A DNA stretch of 64,000 bases from Histomonas meleagridis 2922-C6/04-290x (Eukaryota; Protista; Parabasalia). Under the pieces are notes generated by a model that was not told the DNA's origin, made no database searches, and saw nothing but the letters and a program-made list of their open reading frames with translations. This document shows, in pieces, positions 53,558 through 64,000 of this stretch; the stretch's first letter is position 1, and each line of letters begins with the position of its first letter. The position numbers and the translations under genes were made by a program. The stretch lies in assembly GCA_020184695.1 (NCBI GenBank), contig JAANOX010000002.1, forward strand, positions 124,001 to 188,000. Reading direction: 5' to 3'.

Positions 53558-54298
53558 TCAGCATACGTGAATAAGTGTATCCAAACCGAGCATTACTCCA
53601 TCATTAAGAGTTGGATCATCAATTTTTCCACCATCCTCTTCGATATTAATGAAAGTATGTGCAAAATCGATGAGACAGCATCTGATTCCTTTTTCAGGAT
53701 GATCACCATCATAAGCTACAAGGATCGAACTGGCATACATTCGATAGCCTGGGTGCTCAGCAATTGTTTGTGCAAGCTTACCATAGATTATTTGAAGACG
53801 ACTTCGGAATTGTGAAATCAAATCTCCAGGAAGAAATTCATGAATAGCTGCCTTAAACTCATCATATGAGATTTTCAAGCCTTGTTTTCGGTCCCAGCCT
53901 TTAACAACTTCACCATTCTTACGAAGTTTTCCATCAATAATACGGACACCATGTGAATCGGTTGTGGAGCCTTTTTGTTTAGTTATAAGCTCATCAATTT
54001 TCTTTTGAGTAGCATGGAGATCATAATGGCGTGTTCCAACTTTAAGATCCATAACACATGGTGAAGTAAGGCCAGCAGTTAAATCACTGATAATAATTTT
54101 ATTATCAAAAATGCCATAAAACTTAGGGATACAATCAACAAGGGGAGTTGATTGAAGATCTTCATAAGCTTTTCCTTCTCTATGGTCAAGTGGCTTAGAG
54201 ATTGCTGGATATGAAACATTGCATTTGCAAATACGTCCGTGTCCACCACCTTGTGCCTCAAGATGTCCAGAAAACTCTATTGAAAATTCGTTTTCCAT
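53558..54298 (-). CDS. Inositol polyphosphate kinase (IPK/IP6K family)
   Basis: QGGGHG, PCVMDLKVGTRHY (PxxxDxKxG), ASSILVAYD, IDFAH; likely start MENEF at 54298. Confidence 0.92.
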   Translation of the reverse strand: MENEFSIEFSGHLEAQGGGHGRICKCNVSYPAISKPLDHREGKAYEDLQSTPLVDCIPKFYGIFDNKIIISDLTAGLTSPCVMDLKVGTRHYDLHATQKKIDELITKQKGSTTDSHGVRIIDGKLRKNGEVVKGWDRKQGLKISYDEFKAAIHEFLPGDLISQFRSRLQIIYGKLAQTIAEHPGYRMYASSILVAYDGDHPEKGIRCCLIDFAHTFINIEEDGGKIDDPTLNDGVMLGLDTLIHVC

Positions 54299-54376
54299 TT
54301 TTTTAACCACTTCATTTGTGTGGAGACCGTTTGTTAAGAGCGCGGCTGTGTATCGGTTTTGTACGTTATTGCAAAA
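54299..54376. promoter_or_regulatory. Probable compact bidirectional promoter
   Basis: Only 78 nt between the inferred divergent ATGs at 54298 (-) and 54377 (+). Confidence 0.5.
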
Positions 54377-55096
54377 ATGGAACCTTGGGAAAGAGAATGC
54401 ATTGCTCATAGGTCTACAAGCATGAGAAATCAAACTCCGGGGCCAGCTTATTACAACGTGAAGCGAAAATTCAAAAAGCAATGCCCTGCAATTAAAATTA
54501 AAGGGCGACATTTTGAAAAGCAAGATGTTAACAAAGCACCATATTATAACATTCCTTCGTCTTTTGGTAAAGTCGCTAAGATTGGAATGCATACAAGAAC
54601 AGAAATAAAACCAGGATTTCAACCTCCTGGACCTTCATATATCCCTCCACCTTTTGGTAGTGATGCACGCAAAATAAGCATGACTCCAACTGTAACAAAA
54701 AAAAGGTATCAGATACCAAGAAATTCATCAATGACAAAAGCAGAAATTGCAAAAATTGAAGCAGAAGAATCATCACGTGTTCCAAACGGAACTCCAGGAC
54801 CTGGCCCTGGTGCGTATTCAACAAGAGATCATACATTCGATGCAAACGGCAAAAGGGGTTGTTCAATCATTGGGCACCATGATTTCAATTTTGATCAAAC
54901 TTGTTCTCCAGGCCCTGGTAGATATGCCCCTCGCTATGATGCTGTTTTGCCTCAAGCACCAAAAGTTAAATTCCATAATAGGCCCAAAGAAAGGGAGAAG
55001 GAACCAGGTGTTGGATATCGTAACCTTGGGTCGACTTTGTCAGGCCCCAAGTTCACCATGAAAGCGCGGGCAAATGATGATATTGTAATAGTTTAG
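54377..55096 (+). CDS. STPG/SHIPPO (ODF3-like) PGP-repeat axonemal protein
   Basis: TPGPAYY, PPGPSY, TPGPGPGAY, SPGPGRY repeats; GPKFTM. Confidence 0.85.
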   Translation: MEPWERECIAHRSTSMRNQTPGPAYYNVKRKFKKQCPAIKIKGRHFEKQDVNKAPYYNIPSSFGKVAKIGMHTRTEIKPGFQPPGPSYIPPPFGSDARKISMTPTVTKKRYQIPRNSSMTKAEIAKIEAEESSRVPNGTPGPGPGAYSTRDHTFDANGKRGCSIIGHHDFNFDQTCSPGPGRYAPRYDAVLPQAPKVKFHNRPKEREKEPGVGYRNLGSTLSGPKFTMKARANDDIVIV

Positions 55097-55310
55097 AATT
55101 TATATTAAAAAAATTGATCGATTTTATTCATGTTTTAATTATTCACAGATTTTCAACATGTTCACTTTTAGAAATATTTGTAATGTTTAAATCATAAATC
55201 TTATTTTAACATGTTAATTTAATATTATCGCTAAAAGTACGTTATAATGGTCAGGACAGAAAATTTTCAATCAATATTTAGTCAGACTTTTGGAAAAATT
55301 GAACAAAAAA

Positions 55311-57105
55311 ATGGATGAAAATGGATGGGAAACACTGCAATCAGTTCAAAGATTTATATTTAATATAAGCAAGGAAGCTCCTTCTCAAGGAGAACAATTA
55401 ATCACTGATATATGTAATGATAAATATAAATGCTCTTTAAATCTTATTATCTTTCAAATGATTTATACATGTTTTTTAAGTTCGGGAAATAAATTTGATT
55501 TGCATATTAATTTCTTAAATAAACTTAATTTAATTGAAGGAAATAAGGAAGAAAACATATTAAAAAATTTCATTCATTTTCTTCTCCGTAAATACAAACA
55601 AAAATCAAATTATCTTATCGAGTATATAATTAATGAAAAATTGATAGAGTCAAAAACCATTAAGAATATGAAAACTTTATACTTTGCGCATCACTTTTCA
55701 AAGGAAGAATTTAATAAGGATATTTTACCATATTGTAAAGATGAAAACATTGATGAACTTTCGAAGAATGATTGGGAACTTCATAAGAAATTAATTAAAG
55801 AAGGACATAGTCCAAATGAAATTGCAAAAATAATTCGAAATGATGAAATCGAAAAACTTCAAGAAATATCATCACAATCAAATTTTGATTTTAATCAAAC
55901 AATAAAACCATCACTTTATGAAAGATATTCATTTATTAATCAAAAAAGTGTTACATTAATTGATTATGCAGCATTCTTTTCTGCAGAAAAATGTTTTAAA
56001 TATTTACTTATGAATGGAGCAAATGCAATAAACACAGGTAAATATGCAATTGCAGGCGGAAATCTTGAGATAATTCATTTATGTGAACAAAATCATTCAT
56101 CATTTGAAGATGCATGTGAAACAGCTATTAAATATCATCGAAATAATATCTTTCAATATATTTATGAAAGCAAAATGGAAAATCTTAATAATATTGAATT
56201 AGGAAAGAAATGCATAATATATCATAATTATGAAATATTTACTTTTTTGCAAGAAAAAGGTATGAAAATCAGCAATTCAATCATTAATGAAGCAGCACGC
56301 AATGGAAACATATTTCTAGTTAAACATTTTCTTAAAAATAACAAAATTCCAAATGATATTTTAATTTATTCAACAGAATCAGGAAACATTGAACTTGTCG
56401 AATATGCTTTGCAACAGGGAACAATTGATCGTGCTAAAAATATATTTTTAGTTTATTTAATATATATTTTATTAATTTTATGTTTCAAAATGAAATATGG
56501 AAATTATTCAAAACATTTCAAACAGTTCTTATCATCGCATCTTTAATGGGTTACAAAGATATAGTAAAATTACTTCTTGAACAAAAAAGTATTAATATTA
56601 ACATTAACGATAAAGATATCTTTTTGCTTTATTTAGTATTTATTCCAATGATTTGGAACTACAAAATAATATTTGGAAATTATTTGAATTATTTCAAACA
56701 GCTCTTATGAAAGCTTCTTCTAATAATCACATAAAAATAGTAAAATTACTTCTCGAACAAAATGGAATTAATATTAATATTCAAGATATTTTTTTTGGTT
56801 TATTTATTGTTTATTTTAATAATTTTTTATTTCAAAATAATATTTGGAATTTTTAAAATATATTTTTCACAGCACTAATTCTTGCATCACAAAAAGGAAA
56901 TATTGAAGTAGTTAAATTACTTCTCGAACAAAAGGGAATTAAAATAAATGCTAAAGATAATTTTTATTTAAATAAAATATAATTTTATAATATTATTTGG
57001 AAATTATTTAAATTATATAGAACAGCACTCAAAATTGCAGCTGAAAATTCTCATACTGAAGTTGTTAATTTCATTCAAGAAAAATCACCATGTGTATGTT
57101 ATTAA
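55311..57105 (+). CDS. DUF3447-type/ankyrin gene C, interrupted by 4 AT-rich spacers
   Basis: ORF to ...TIDRAKN (56441); modules at 56522, 56698, 56869; capping TALKIAAENSHTEVVNFIQEKSPCVCY* (TAA 57103-57105). Confidence 0.75.
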
Positions 57106-57319
57106 AAAATATCAATCATTAATTATAATTATATATATTTCAAACTGTTGAGTATTCCATATACACAAAATTTTAATTGAAGTGTTTCACATAAAATTAG
57201 TAAGCGAAGCATTTACTTGGAGCAGAATGTTTCCTGTTCTGCATTGAGCACTTTTTGTAAGCCAATCAAAACGAGAAGAGCATTTTTGAGAAGCTCTGTT
57301 TGGCCTTTCCTTTTTCCAA

Positions 57320-57766
57320 ATGATTGGAGCTGGCACAGGCAAAGCCGTTAATGTTCGCGATGTTGCTGCTAATGAATTTATCGAAACACTTTCAAAATTT
57401 TTCGAAACAAACCATCTTATTGAAGCACCAAAATGGGCTGATTTGGTCAAAACTGGTCATCTCAAGCAAATGCCACCCTGCTTAATGAACTGGTGGTACA
57501 CACGTGCTGCTTCTGTTGCTCGCACTGTTTACCTCCACCCAGGCACCAGCGTTCAATATCTCCGTAATAAGTTTGGTGGAAATAAGAACTATGGTTCTGC
57601 TCCAAGACACTTTGCTCAAGCTAGTGGTAAAGTTGTCCGCACCATGCTCAAGCAATTAGAAGAAATTGGCTATGTCAAGAAGGATGAGAAAGGAGGCAGA
57701 GTAATCACACCAAAAGGCCAAAAGCAACTTGACCTCATTGCTAAAGAAGTTCATTCCAAACAATAA
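57320..57766 (+). CDS. RPS19: 40S ribosomal protein eS19
   Basis: VRDV, PKWADLVKTG..K...P...WWYTRAASVAR.VY, GGNKNYG..P, GRVITPKGQKQLD. Confidence 0.97.
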   Translation: MIGAGTGKAVNVRDVAANEFIETLSKFFETNHLIEAPKWADLVKTGHLKQMPPCLMNWWYTRAASVARTVYLHPGTSVQYLRNKFGGNKNYGSAPRHFAQASGKVVRTMLKQLEEIGYVKKDEKGGRVITPKGQKQLDLIAKEVHSKQ

Positions 57767-58181
57767 ACAATCGCATATGACAATTATTTATTCTAATATT
57801 TTGAAATTGATTTCTTTTACTTTTTTATATTTTTGCTAGATCATTAACAAAACATTTTTTTTAATGTATAGTCCTTATTATAGTTATCATTTACTAGGGG
57901 AAACTTCATGATAAAAATTGATTTAAATTTTGAGAAATCATTTCTAACTAAATTGAACTTTGAGACATCATTTCTATAATTTTGCAAAATACCCACGTGC
58001 ATTATTTTTGAAACAACATGTTGGATAGACATAATATCTTATAGATATACTATATTATTAAATTTTTTCGGTATGAAAGATGAAAGTTTTTAAAACTTGT
58101 AGCCCCAACGTTAAACATTAGAAATTGACATATAAGATTTTTTGAAGATCATTTCCATAGCATGGAATACGTTAAGAATAA

Positions 58182-58856
58182 ATGAATTCAGACAAAGAAA
58201 GCACACAACAAGAAGATAATCAAGTCCTCTTGGAAGGTGCAGTAAATGATAAAACCACTGGGATACATAGCAAATACCTTTTTTTAATAACAAAATCAAT
58301 ATCATTTCTCATTTATTTGTTATCAATTATTTTAAATTTTCATCCATTGATCACAATTTTCCTCAACTTACTAGTTGGGTTTATTGATTTTTGGCTTTGT
58401 AAAAATGAATTTGGCTTAAAATTGGTTGGATTACAATGGTATTTAGATTCAGGAACCAATGGAAATTCTAAATGGGTATTTTACTCTAGACCTGATCCAT
58501 ACATTCCAGATCCAGTTGATGTTAACATTTTCTGGGGCTGCTTGTATTCCTTCACATTTTTATGGTTATTATTAATTATTTTGACTCTTGTTTCACGAAA
58601 ATATTCCGGTTCTGTAGCATCGTTACTGCTTTTTGTAATCAACATATTTAATGTAATATGCTTCAAAAGGTGCGAAATTGTTCAATCTCACCAAGCTGAT
58701 GAAGTTGCGCGGACAATTATGCTTGGTGATGAATTTTCGAGCGACAAACTTGATCTGGAGGAAGAAGTAGCCGAAGCGATACCAGAAATAGAAGCTTCAG
58801 AGGAAGAACAGAAGATCAAACTCAAATTACCAGAGCAAAATTCAAAAGAGGACTAA
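58182..58856 (+). CDS. TVP23: Golgi membrane protein TVP23/FAM18 family
   Basis: DFWLCKN.FGLKLVGLQW...KWVF...D.NIFW motifs; multiple TMs. Confidence 0.8.
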   Translation: MNSDKESTQQEDNQVLLEGAVNDKTTGIHSKYLFLITKSISFLIYLLSIILNFHPLITIFLNLLVGFIDFWLCKNEFGLKLVGLQWYLDSGTNGNSKWVFYSRPDPYIPDPVDVNIFWGCLYSFTFLWLLLIILTLVSRKYSGSVASLLLFVINIFNVICFKRCEIVQSHQADEVARTIMLGDEFSSDKLDLEEEVAEAIPEIEASEEEQKIKLKLPEQNSKED

Positions 58857-59728
58857 ATTTCTTTTTATTAAACATAATACAATACCTAAAAATTTTAATT
58901 AAAATTAATTTCCATCTCAACACGCATAATATTCAAACAAGATTTATATATTTTCAAAATGACTTTCTTTGGACGTATACATAATGGCGGGTGTCTTGAT
59001 TATGTGGGTGTGGAATTTTTATGCATTTTATAAACAACAAATTTGTTAATTCTTTTCACGAAGAAGAGTTTCCAAAAGAAATATCATAATACGAACCATG
59101 CAGGGCGAATTCATTGAATGATGAAGAAGTCATCACAAACTCAGATTATCTTGTAGAAAAGAACCAAAATGAGTGCAGTTAGTTGGGATTTTTCTCAATC
59201 ATCTCAGCCAGGCTATGTTACGTAAACGTTTACAGAAAGCCAATCTCAAATCAATGAAGATATTGAAGAAAAGAATCAGATTGGGGCCATCTCTTTTTTA
59301 TTTTTGAATGTGGATATATAACACGCTAAAGGAATTAAGAATGTACATTCTTTATGCTAATTTAGCAACGTCAACCAAAAAAAATGGCGACTTTTTGAAT
59401 ACTTTTGATCGGTAAGTGAGCTTGAACAAATGTCTTGTACAAAAATCGGAGTTAATAAAACATTATTCGTTGTACTTCAATAATTACATTAATATTAATA
59501 TTATATATAAAATTAAAGCAAATTTGACAAAATATTTAAAATATCATGAAATTAATTTGATGCTCATCTTGGAAAACATCATCTACATAACTACAACACA
59601 ATGGTTAACCGAATCCCCTCACTTATTATTGGTATATAAAAAAATATAAATAGCGCATTATAATTTCTTTGATTTTTTGAGCATAAATTATGTTCAGTTA
59701 AAAATAAAATTTATACGCAGAGGTTTTT

Positions 59729-61911
59729 TTACTCTGTAACTCCTTTTTCTTTGAGTAATTTTACTATTTCTGTATGACCATTATAAAATGCTTTCGAATA
59801 AGCAGTTTGAAATAATAAAAATAATTTCCAAACATTAAATAAAAATATCAAATTGTTAAAATATATAATAAATAAAATAAATTGATATCTTCAGCAATTA
59901 AATCAATTCCTTCTTGTTCAAGAAGTAATTTAAATATATCTACGAAACCAAACCAAGTAGCAATCATAAGTGCTGTATTAAATATTTAAAATAATTTCCA
60001 AATATTATTTTGAAATATGAAATTATTAATATAAATATCAAATAAAACAAATAAATATCTTTAGCATTAATATCAATTCCTTTTTGTTCAAGAAGTAAAT
60101 TAACTATTTCAGTATATCCTTTTTCAGATGCAATCATAAGTGCTGTTTGAAATAATTTAAATAATTTCCAAATATTATTTTGAAATTTCGAATTATTGAA
60201 AATTATATCAAATAAAACAAATAAATATCTTTAGCATTAATATCAATTCCTTTTTGTTCAAGAAGTAATTTAACTATTTCTGTATGACCGTTTTTAGATG
60301 CAAACATAAGTGCTGTTTCAAATAATTTGTATAAATTTCAAATAATATTTTGAAAAGTGCAAGTAAAATAAAACAAATAAATATCTTTATCATTAACATC
60401 AATTCCTTTTTGTTGAAGAAGTAATTGAACTATTTCAGTATATCCTTTTTCAGATGCAAACATAAGTGCTGTTTCAAATATTTTGAACAATTTCCAAATA
60501 ATATTTTGAAAAGTGCAAGTAAAATAAAACAAATAAATATTTTTAGCATTAATATCAATTCCTTTTTGCTCAAGAAGTAATTTAACGACTTCAGTATGAC
60601 CATTTTCAGATGCTTTCATAAGTGCTGTATAAAATATGTTAAACAATTTTTAAATTATATTTTGAAATAAAAAATTTTTAAAACAAATTTTAAACAAAAT
60701 ATAAAAAAGTTTTTATCATTTATTTTAATTTCTTTTTGCTCGAGAAGTATTTTAACCATTTCTATAAATCCAATTTGTGATGCCCAAATAAGTGGTGTAT
60801 CAAAATTTTTAAATAATTTTCAAATAAAAAATTTTTAACATTAAATTTATCAAATAAAGTTTAAATGTTATATTAGATTATTTCTAGAATTGAAATCTAT
60901 TTCATTTTTCTTCAAGAAAAAGTTAAATATCTTAAAATTAATGATTATATTTGAAAACAAAAAAAGATTAGTAACAAATATGTATTCAACAATTTTGTTT
61001 TCATAAATATATTTAAAGATATCATTTCGATGATATTGAATTGCTGTTTCATATGCATCTTCAAATGATGAATGATTTTGTTCACATAAATGAATTATCT
61101 CAAGATTTCCACCTGCAATTGCATATTTACCTGTGTTTATTGCATTTGCTCCATTCATAAGTAAATATTTAAAACATTTTTCTGCAGAAAAGAATGCTGC
61201 ATAATCAATTAATGTAACACTTTTTTGATTAATAAATGAATATCTTTCATAAAGTGATGGTTTTATTGTTTGATTAAAATCAAAATTTGATTGTGATGAT
61301 ATTTCTTGAAGTTTTTCGATTTCATCATTTCGAATTATTTTTGCTATTTCATTTGGATTTACTCCTTCATGAATTAACTTCTTGTGAAGTTCCCATTCAT
61401 TCTTTTTTAAATCTTCATTGTCTTTTTTAAAGTCATCAAAAAATGAAGAGTTAAGGACGTTCATTAAACTAAGTAATTCTTCTAATGGAATATAATTTGC
61501 GAAATATGGCGTCTTTTGTTTATTTTCAACTAAATTTGATGGAATTAAATTCATTTCAATCATTCCAGCAAGAAGATAATATGATTCTTGTGAATCCAAT
61601 CTAAGAATAGAATGCGCAAATATATTAAATAAATCATCATTATTATTATTTTTGGATTCAATTTCTTTCATAAAACGAAAATATATTTCAAAATCTGTTT
61701 TTTGTGAAACAAATGATGAATATATAAATCTGCTTAAAATTTTGTAGGGACAAATTGATATATCAGTTTTAAAAAGATCCATAGTTGCTTTAACAGAATC
61801 GTTAATATTCTTCACGTTTAAGTTTAAAACAATTTCTTCAAGTTTTTCTAATGCTTGTAAGAAGCTTTTTGAAGAATTCCCAAGGAATTTCGTAATTTTT
61901 CTATCAAGCAT
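59729..61911 (-). CDS. DUF3447-type/ankyrin gene D, interrupted by 7 AT-rich spacers
   Basis: ORF to ...EIDFNSRN (60880); six 90-nt modules; capping TAYSKAFYNGHTEIVKLLKEKGVTE* (TAA 59729-59731). Confidence 0.75.
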
Positions 61912-62037
61912 TATCTTTTACAGAAAAAGTAAAAACCATTTTTTCAGAACTTTAAAAAAAAGTGAACATAAAACACATTTTAAATTTTGAAAAAATTTAA
62001 TAAACGCATACTTATTTTTATTTATTTCATAACAACA

Positions 62038-64000
62038 TCAGATTTCAAATGGGTGAAAAACGATTTCACCATTTTCTAACACTATGATGAAACAATTATT
62101 TTCATCATTAAATTTCATTCCAACAATTTTACCGAATCCCACAAAAACCTTTTTAAACTGCAAATAAAATGCTTCTGCGACGAATACGTCACCTAATTCA
62201 TTACTATATGCCACGTAATCTATTCCATGTTTATCTTTCCATGACATTAAATTAAAAACTTTTTCATTTATTTTTATTTTCCTTACGAACATTCCATTTA
62301 TATTAAACAACTTCAAATAAATATTAAATTTATCATTTTCAAACACATTACATAAACAAATTACGAAACCAAAAGATTTTGTAATCAAAATATTATCTAA
62401 AAAACAATTTTCATTATCGATGAAATAAAACGAATTATCTTTTTCAAGGTTAAAACGTATTAAGTCACCATTTTCACAACCAATTACACAACAATGGAAT
62501 TCATTTGATATAGCGCTACATGTTATATCATCTCTAAAGAAGAATATATTATTAAAGCAATTATTTAAATCATTTATATCATATATATAAATGATTGATT
62601 CTTTAGGATAAGTAATTACATATTTATCATTGGAAATTAACACTTTAAAATTATTAAAAATATTTTCATTAATTATTTGTTTCGAAGTTATTTGATTTTG
62701 TTCATTAAATTTAAATAATTTTATTTTGTTTTCATTTGTATAAACTTTAATTTCATTTAATTCGTTATTAAAATTAACTTTAATAATTTTCTTGTTCTTA
62801 ATTAACTTTAATTGTTTTTTATCAATTTTTATCTTTTTTTTGTTTTTGTTTTGTTGACAATGTTTAACTTGAAATAACATTTGAGGAATTTGTCCATTAT
62901 AAATTTGTTTATGTCGAATTAATCTTCGCTCATTAATATCATTCATTCGTTCATCATTCCATACATTAAAATATAACGCGTTATCATAAACATTACGTTT
63001 TTCGATTGACTTTTGATCAACGCCAAATGTCAAATCGATCCAAAGTGGTAAATTCTTTGTTACGTAATCAGACTCAAGTGCTTTTCTCATTATATAAACA
63101 AATTCTATTGGCGAATTTGCCCATTTTGGAATTTGTTCTTTATTTATGAACTCAGGAAAACAATAAAACTCAGGAATTAATTCACTAAAGTTATATAAAT
63201 CAGTAGAAATCGAATAAAACAATTTTTCCATTGTATCGAATTTATATTTATTCTCAGTAAAATGTATTAATGAAAAAGGTTTTATATTCTTTAAATATGT
63301 ATATAATATATTAATAGGTAATAAGCCATAAGACATAAAATAACTATTCGTTGTCGAAAATTTTGTTAATTCATTATAAAATCGATCTAAAATTTTTCCT
63401 CTGTTCGGATTAATTGATCCAATGTTCTTATTAAAATCACGATAAATAGATTCATTATTTAAATCGATCTCTTTGGATGAATAATCAATTAATACCCATG
63501 GAAAGATTGGATATTGCATTGGTGAATTAAAACTTCGACCACTAAATTGATTTAATATTAATAAATAATCGAAATTCGAAATTTTCCCATTTTTCCATAA
63601 ATTTACAAAATGATTTAATTGGAATTTCTTCTTTTGATTTAAGAACTTAAAAATTTTTTTCCGAATATTTTCGGAATAAAATAATAAAAATAAAGTTTTG
63701 CCCGAATTAAATAATATTTCTAATGAAAGTTTACAATGTAAAAATGTTTTCTTACGGACAATGATTATATTTGTTATATAATAATCTTTTCGTTTATTTT
63801 GTTGTTCTTCTGATTTTAATGTTAACTTATTACTCTTTAATTGTAATATATAAGGAATTGATCCTTTCGGAGTAACTTTACAACAATGTATAATTTTATC
63901 ATCATGTTTTATATAATGAATAAATGGTTTCTCATCAGTAAAATGTATATATTTCTTTAGATATTTCGGATTCGTTCGATTCTTTGATATACTTTTTACT
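62038..64000 (-). CDS. PH-BEACH-WD40 (Beige/BEACH) protein, 5'-truncated by window edge
   Basis: Frame open from 64000; LWKNGKISNFDYLLILNQFSGRSFNSPMQYPIFPW, ELIPEFY, PKWA, RKALES.YV..NL..WIDL.FG..Q, GQIP.MLF...H. Confidence 0.92.
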   Translation of the reverse strand, partial: VKSISKNRTNPKYLKKYIHFTDEKPFIHYIKHDDKIIHCCKVTPKGSIPYILQLKSNKLTLKSEEQQNKRKDYYITNIIIVRKKTFLHCKLSLEILFNSGKTLFLLFYSENIRKKIFKFLNQKKKFQLNHFVNLWKNGKISNFDYLLILNQFSGRSFNSPMQYPIFPWVLIDYSSKEIDLNNESIYRDFNKNIGSINPNRGKILDRFYNELTKFSTTNSYFMSYGLLPINILYTYLKNIKPFSLIHFTENKYKFDTMEKLFYSISTDLYNFSELIPEFYCFPEFINKEQIPKWANSPIEFVYIMRKALESDYVTKNLPLWIDLTFGVDQKSIEKRNVYDNALYFNVWNDERMNDINERRLIRHKQIYNGQIPQMLFQVKHCQQNKNKKKIKIDKKQLKLIKNKKIIKVNFNNELNEIKVYTNENKIKLFKFNEQNQITSKQIINENIFNNFKVLISNDKYVITYPKESIIYIYDINDLNNCFNNIFFFRDDITCSAISNEFHCCVIGCENGDLIRFNLEKDNSFYFIDNENCFLDNILITKSFGFVICLCNVFENDKFNIYLKLFNINGMFVRKIKINEKVFNLMSWKDKHGIDYVAYSNELGDVFVAEAFYLQFKKVFVGFGKIVGMKFNDENNCFIIVLENGEIVFHPFEI

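Overview
AT-rich eukaryotic window from a parabasalid protist (Tritrichomonas/Trichomonas-like). The assignment rests on a hydrogenosomal malic enzyme with a short presequence, DUF3447-type ankyrin genes, Myb-family expansion, TCA(Y)T initiator motifs and essentially intronless housekeeping genes. Housekeeping content: RPT4, HSP70, RPS19, RPL41, USP7-like protease, TVP23, an L-type lectin, inositol polyphosphate kinase, two kinases, two Mybs, a BEACH protein and two tRNAs. The main anomaly is four DUF3447-ankyrin genes (30.2-33.9 kb -, 48.2-50.4 kb +, 55.3-57.1 kb +, 59.7-61.9 kb -). In these, every C-terminal ankyrin repeat is a clean 30-codon module separated from the next by an AT-rich spacer at the same position, the beta-hairpin between ...AKD and TAL... 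I counted 31 spacers: 19 are exactly 80 nt, 29 break the frame or carry in-frame stops, and I found no usable GT-AG or AT-AC ends. They behave like a family of non-canonical introns or other excised or skipped elements, but the mechanism cannot be settled from DNA alone. Other oddities: a GTA-anticodon tRNA on a Leu-like long-variable-arm scaffold, a probably dead GAF-PDE, an unlisted 36-aa YPPP microprotein with a double initiator, and a 35-bp minisatellite with a higher-order trimer. All counts were made by eye.
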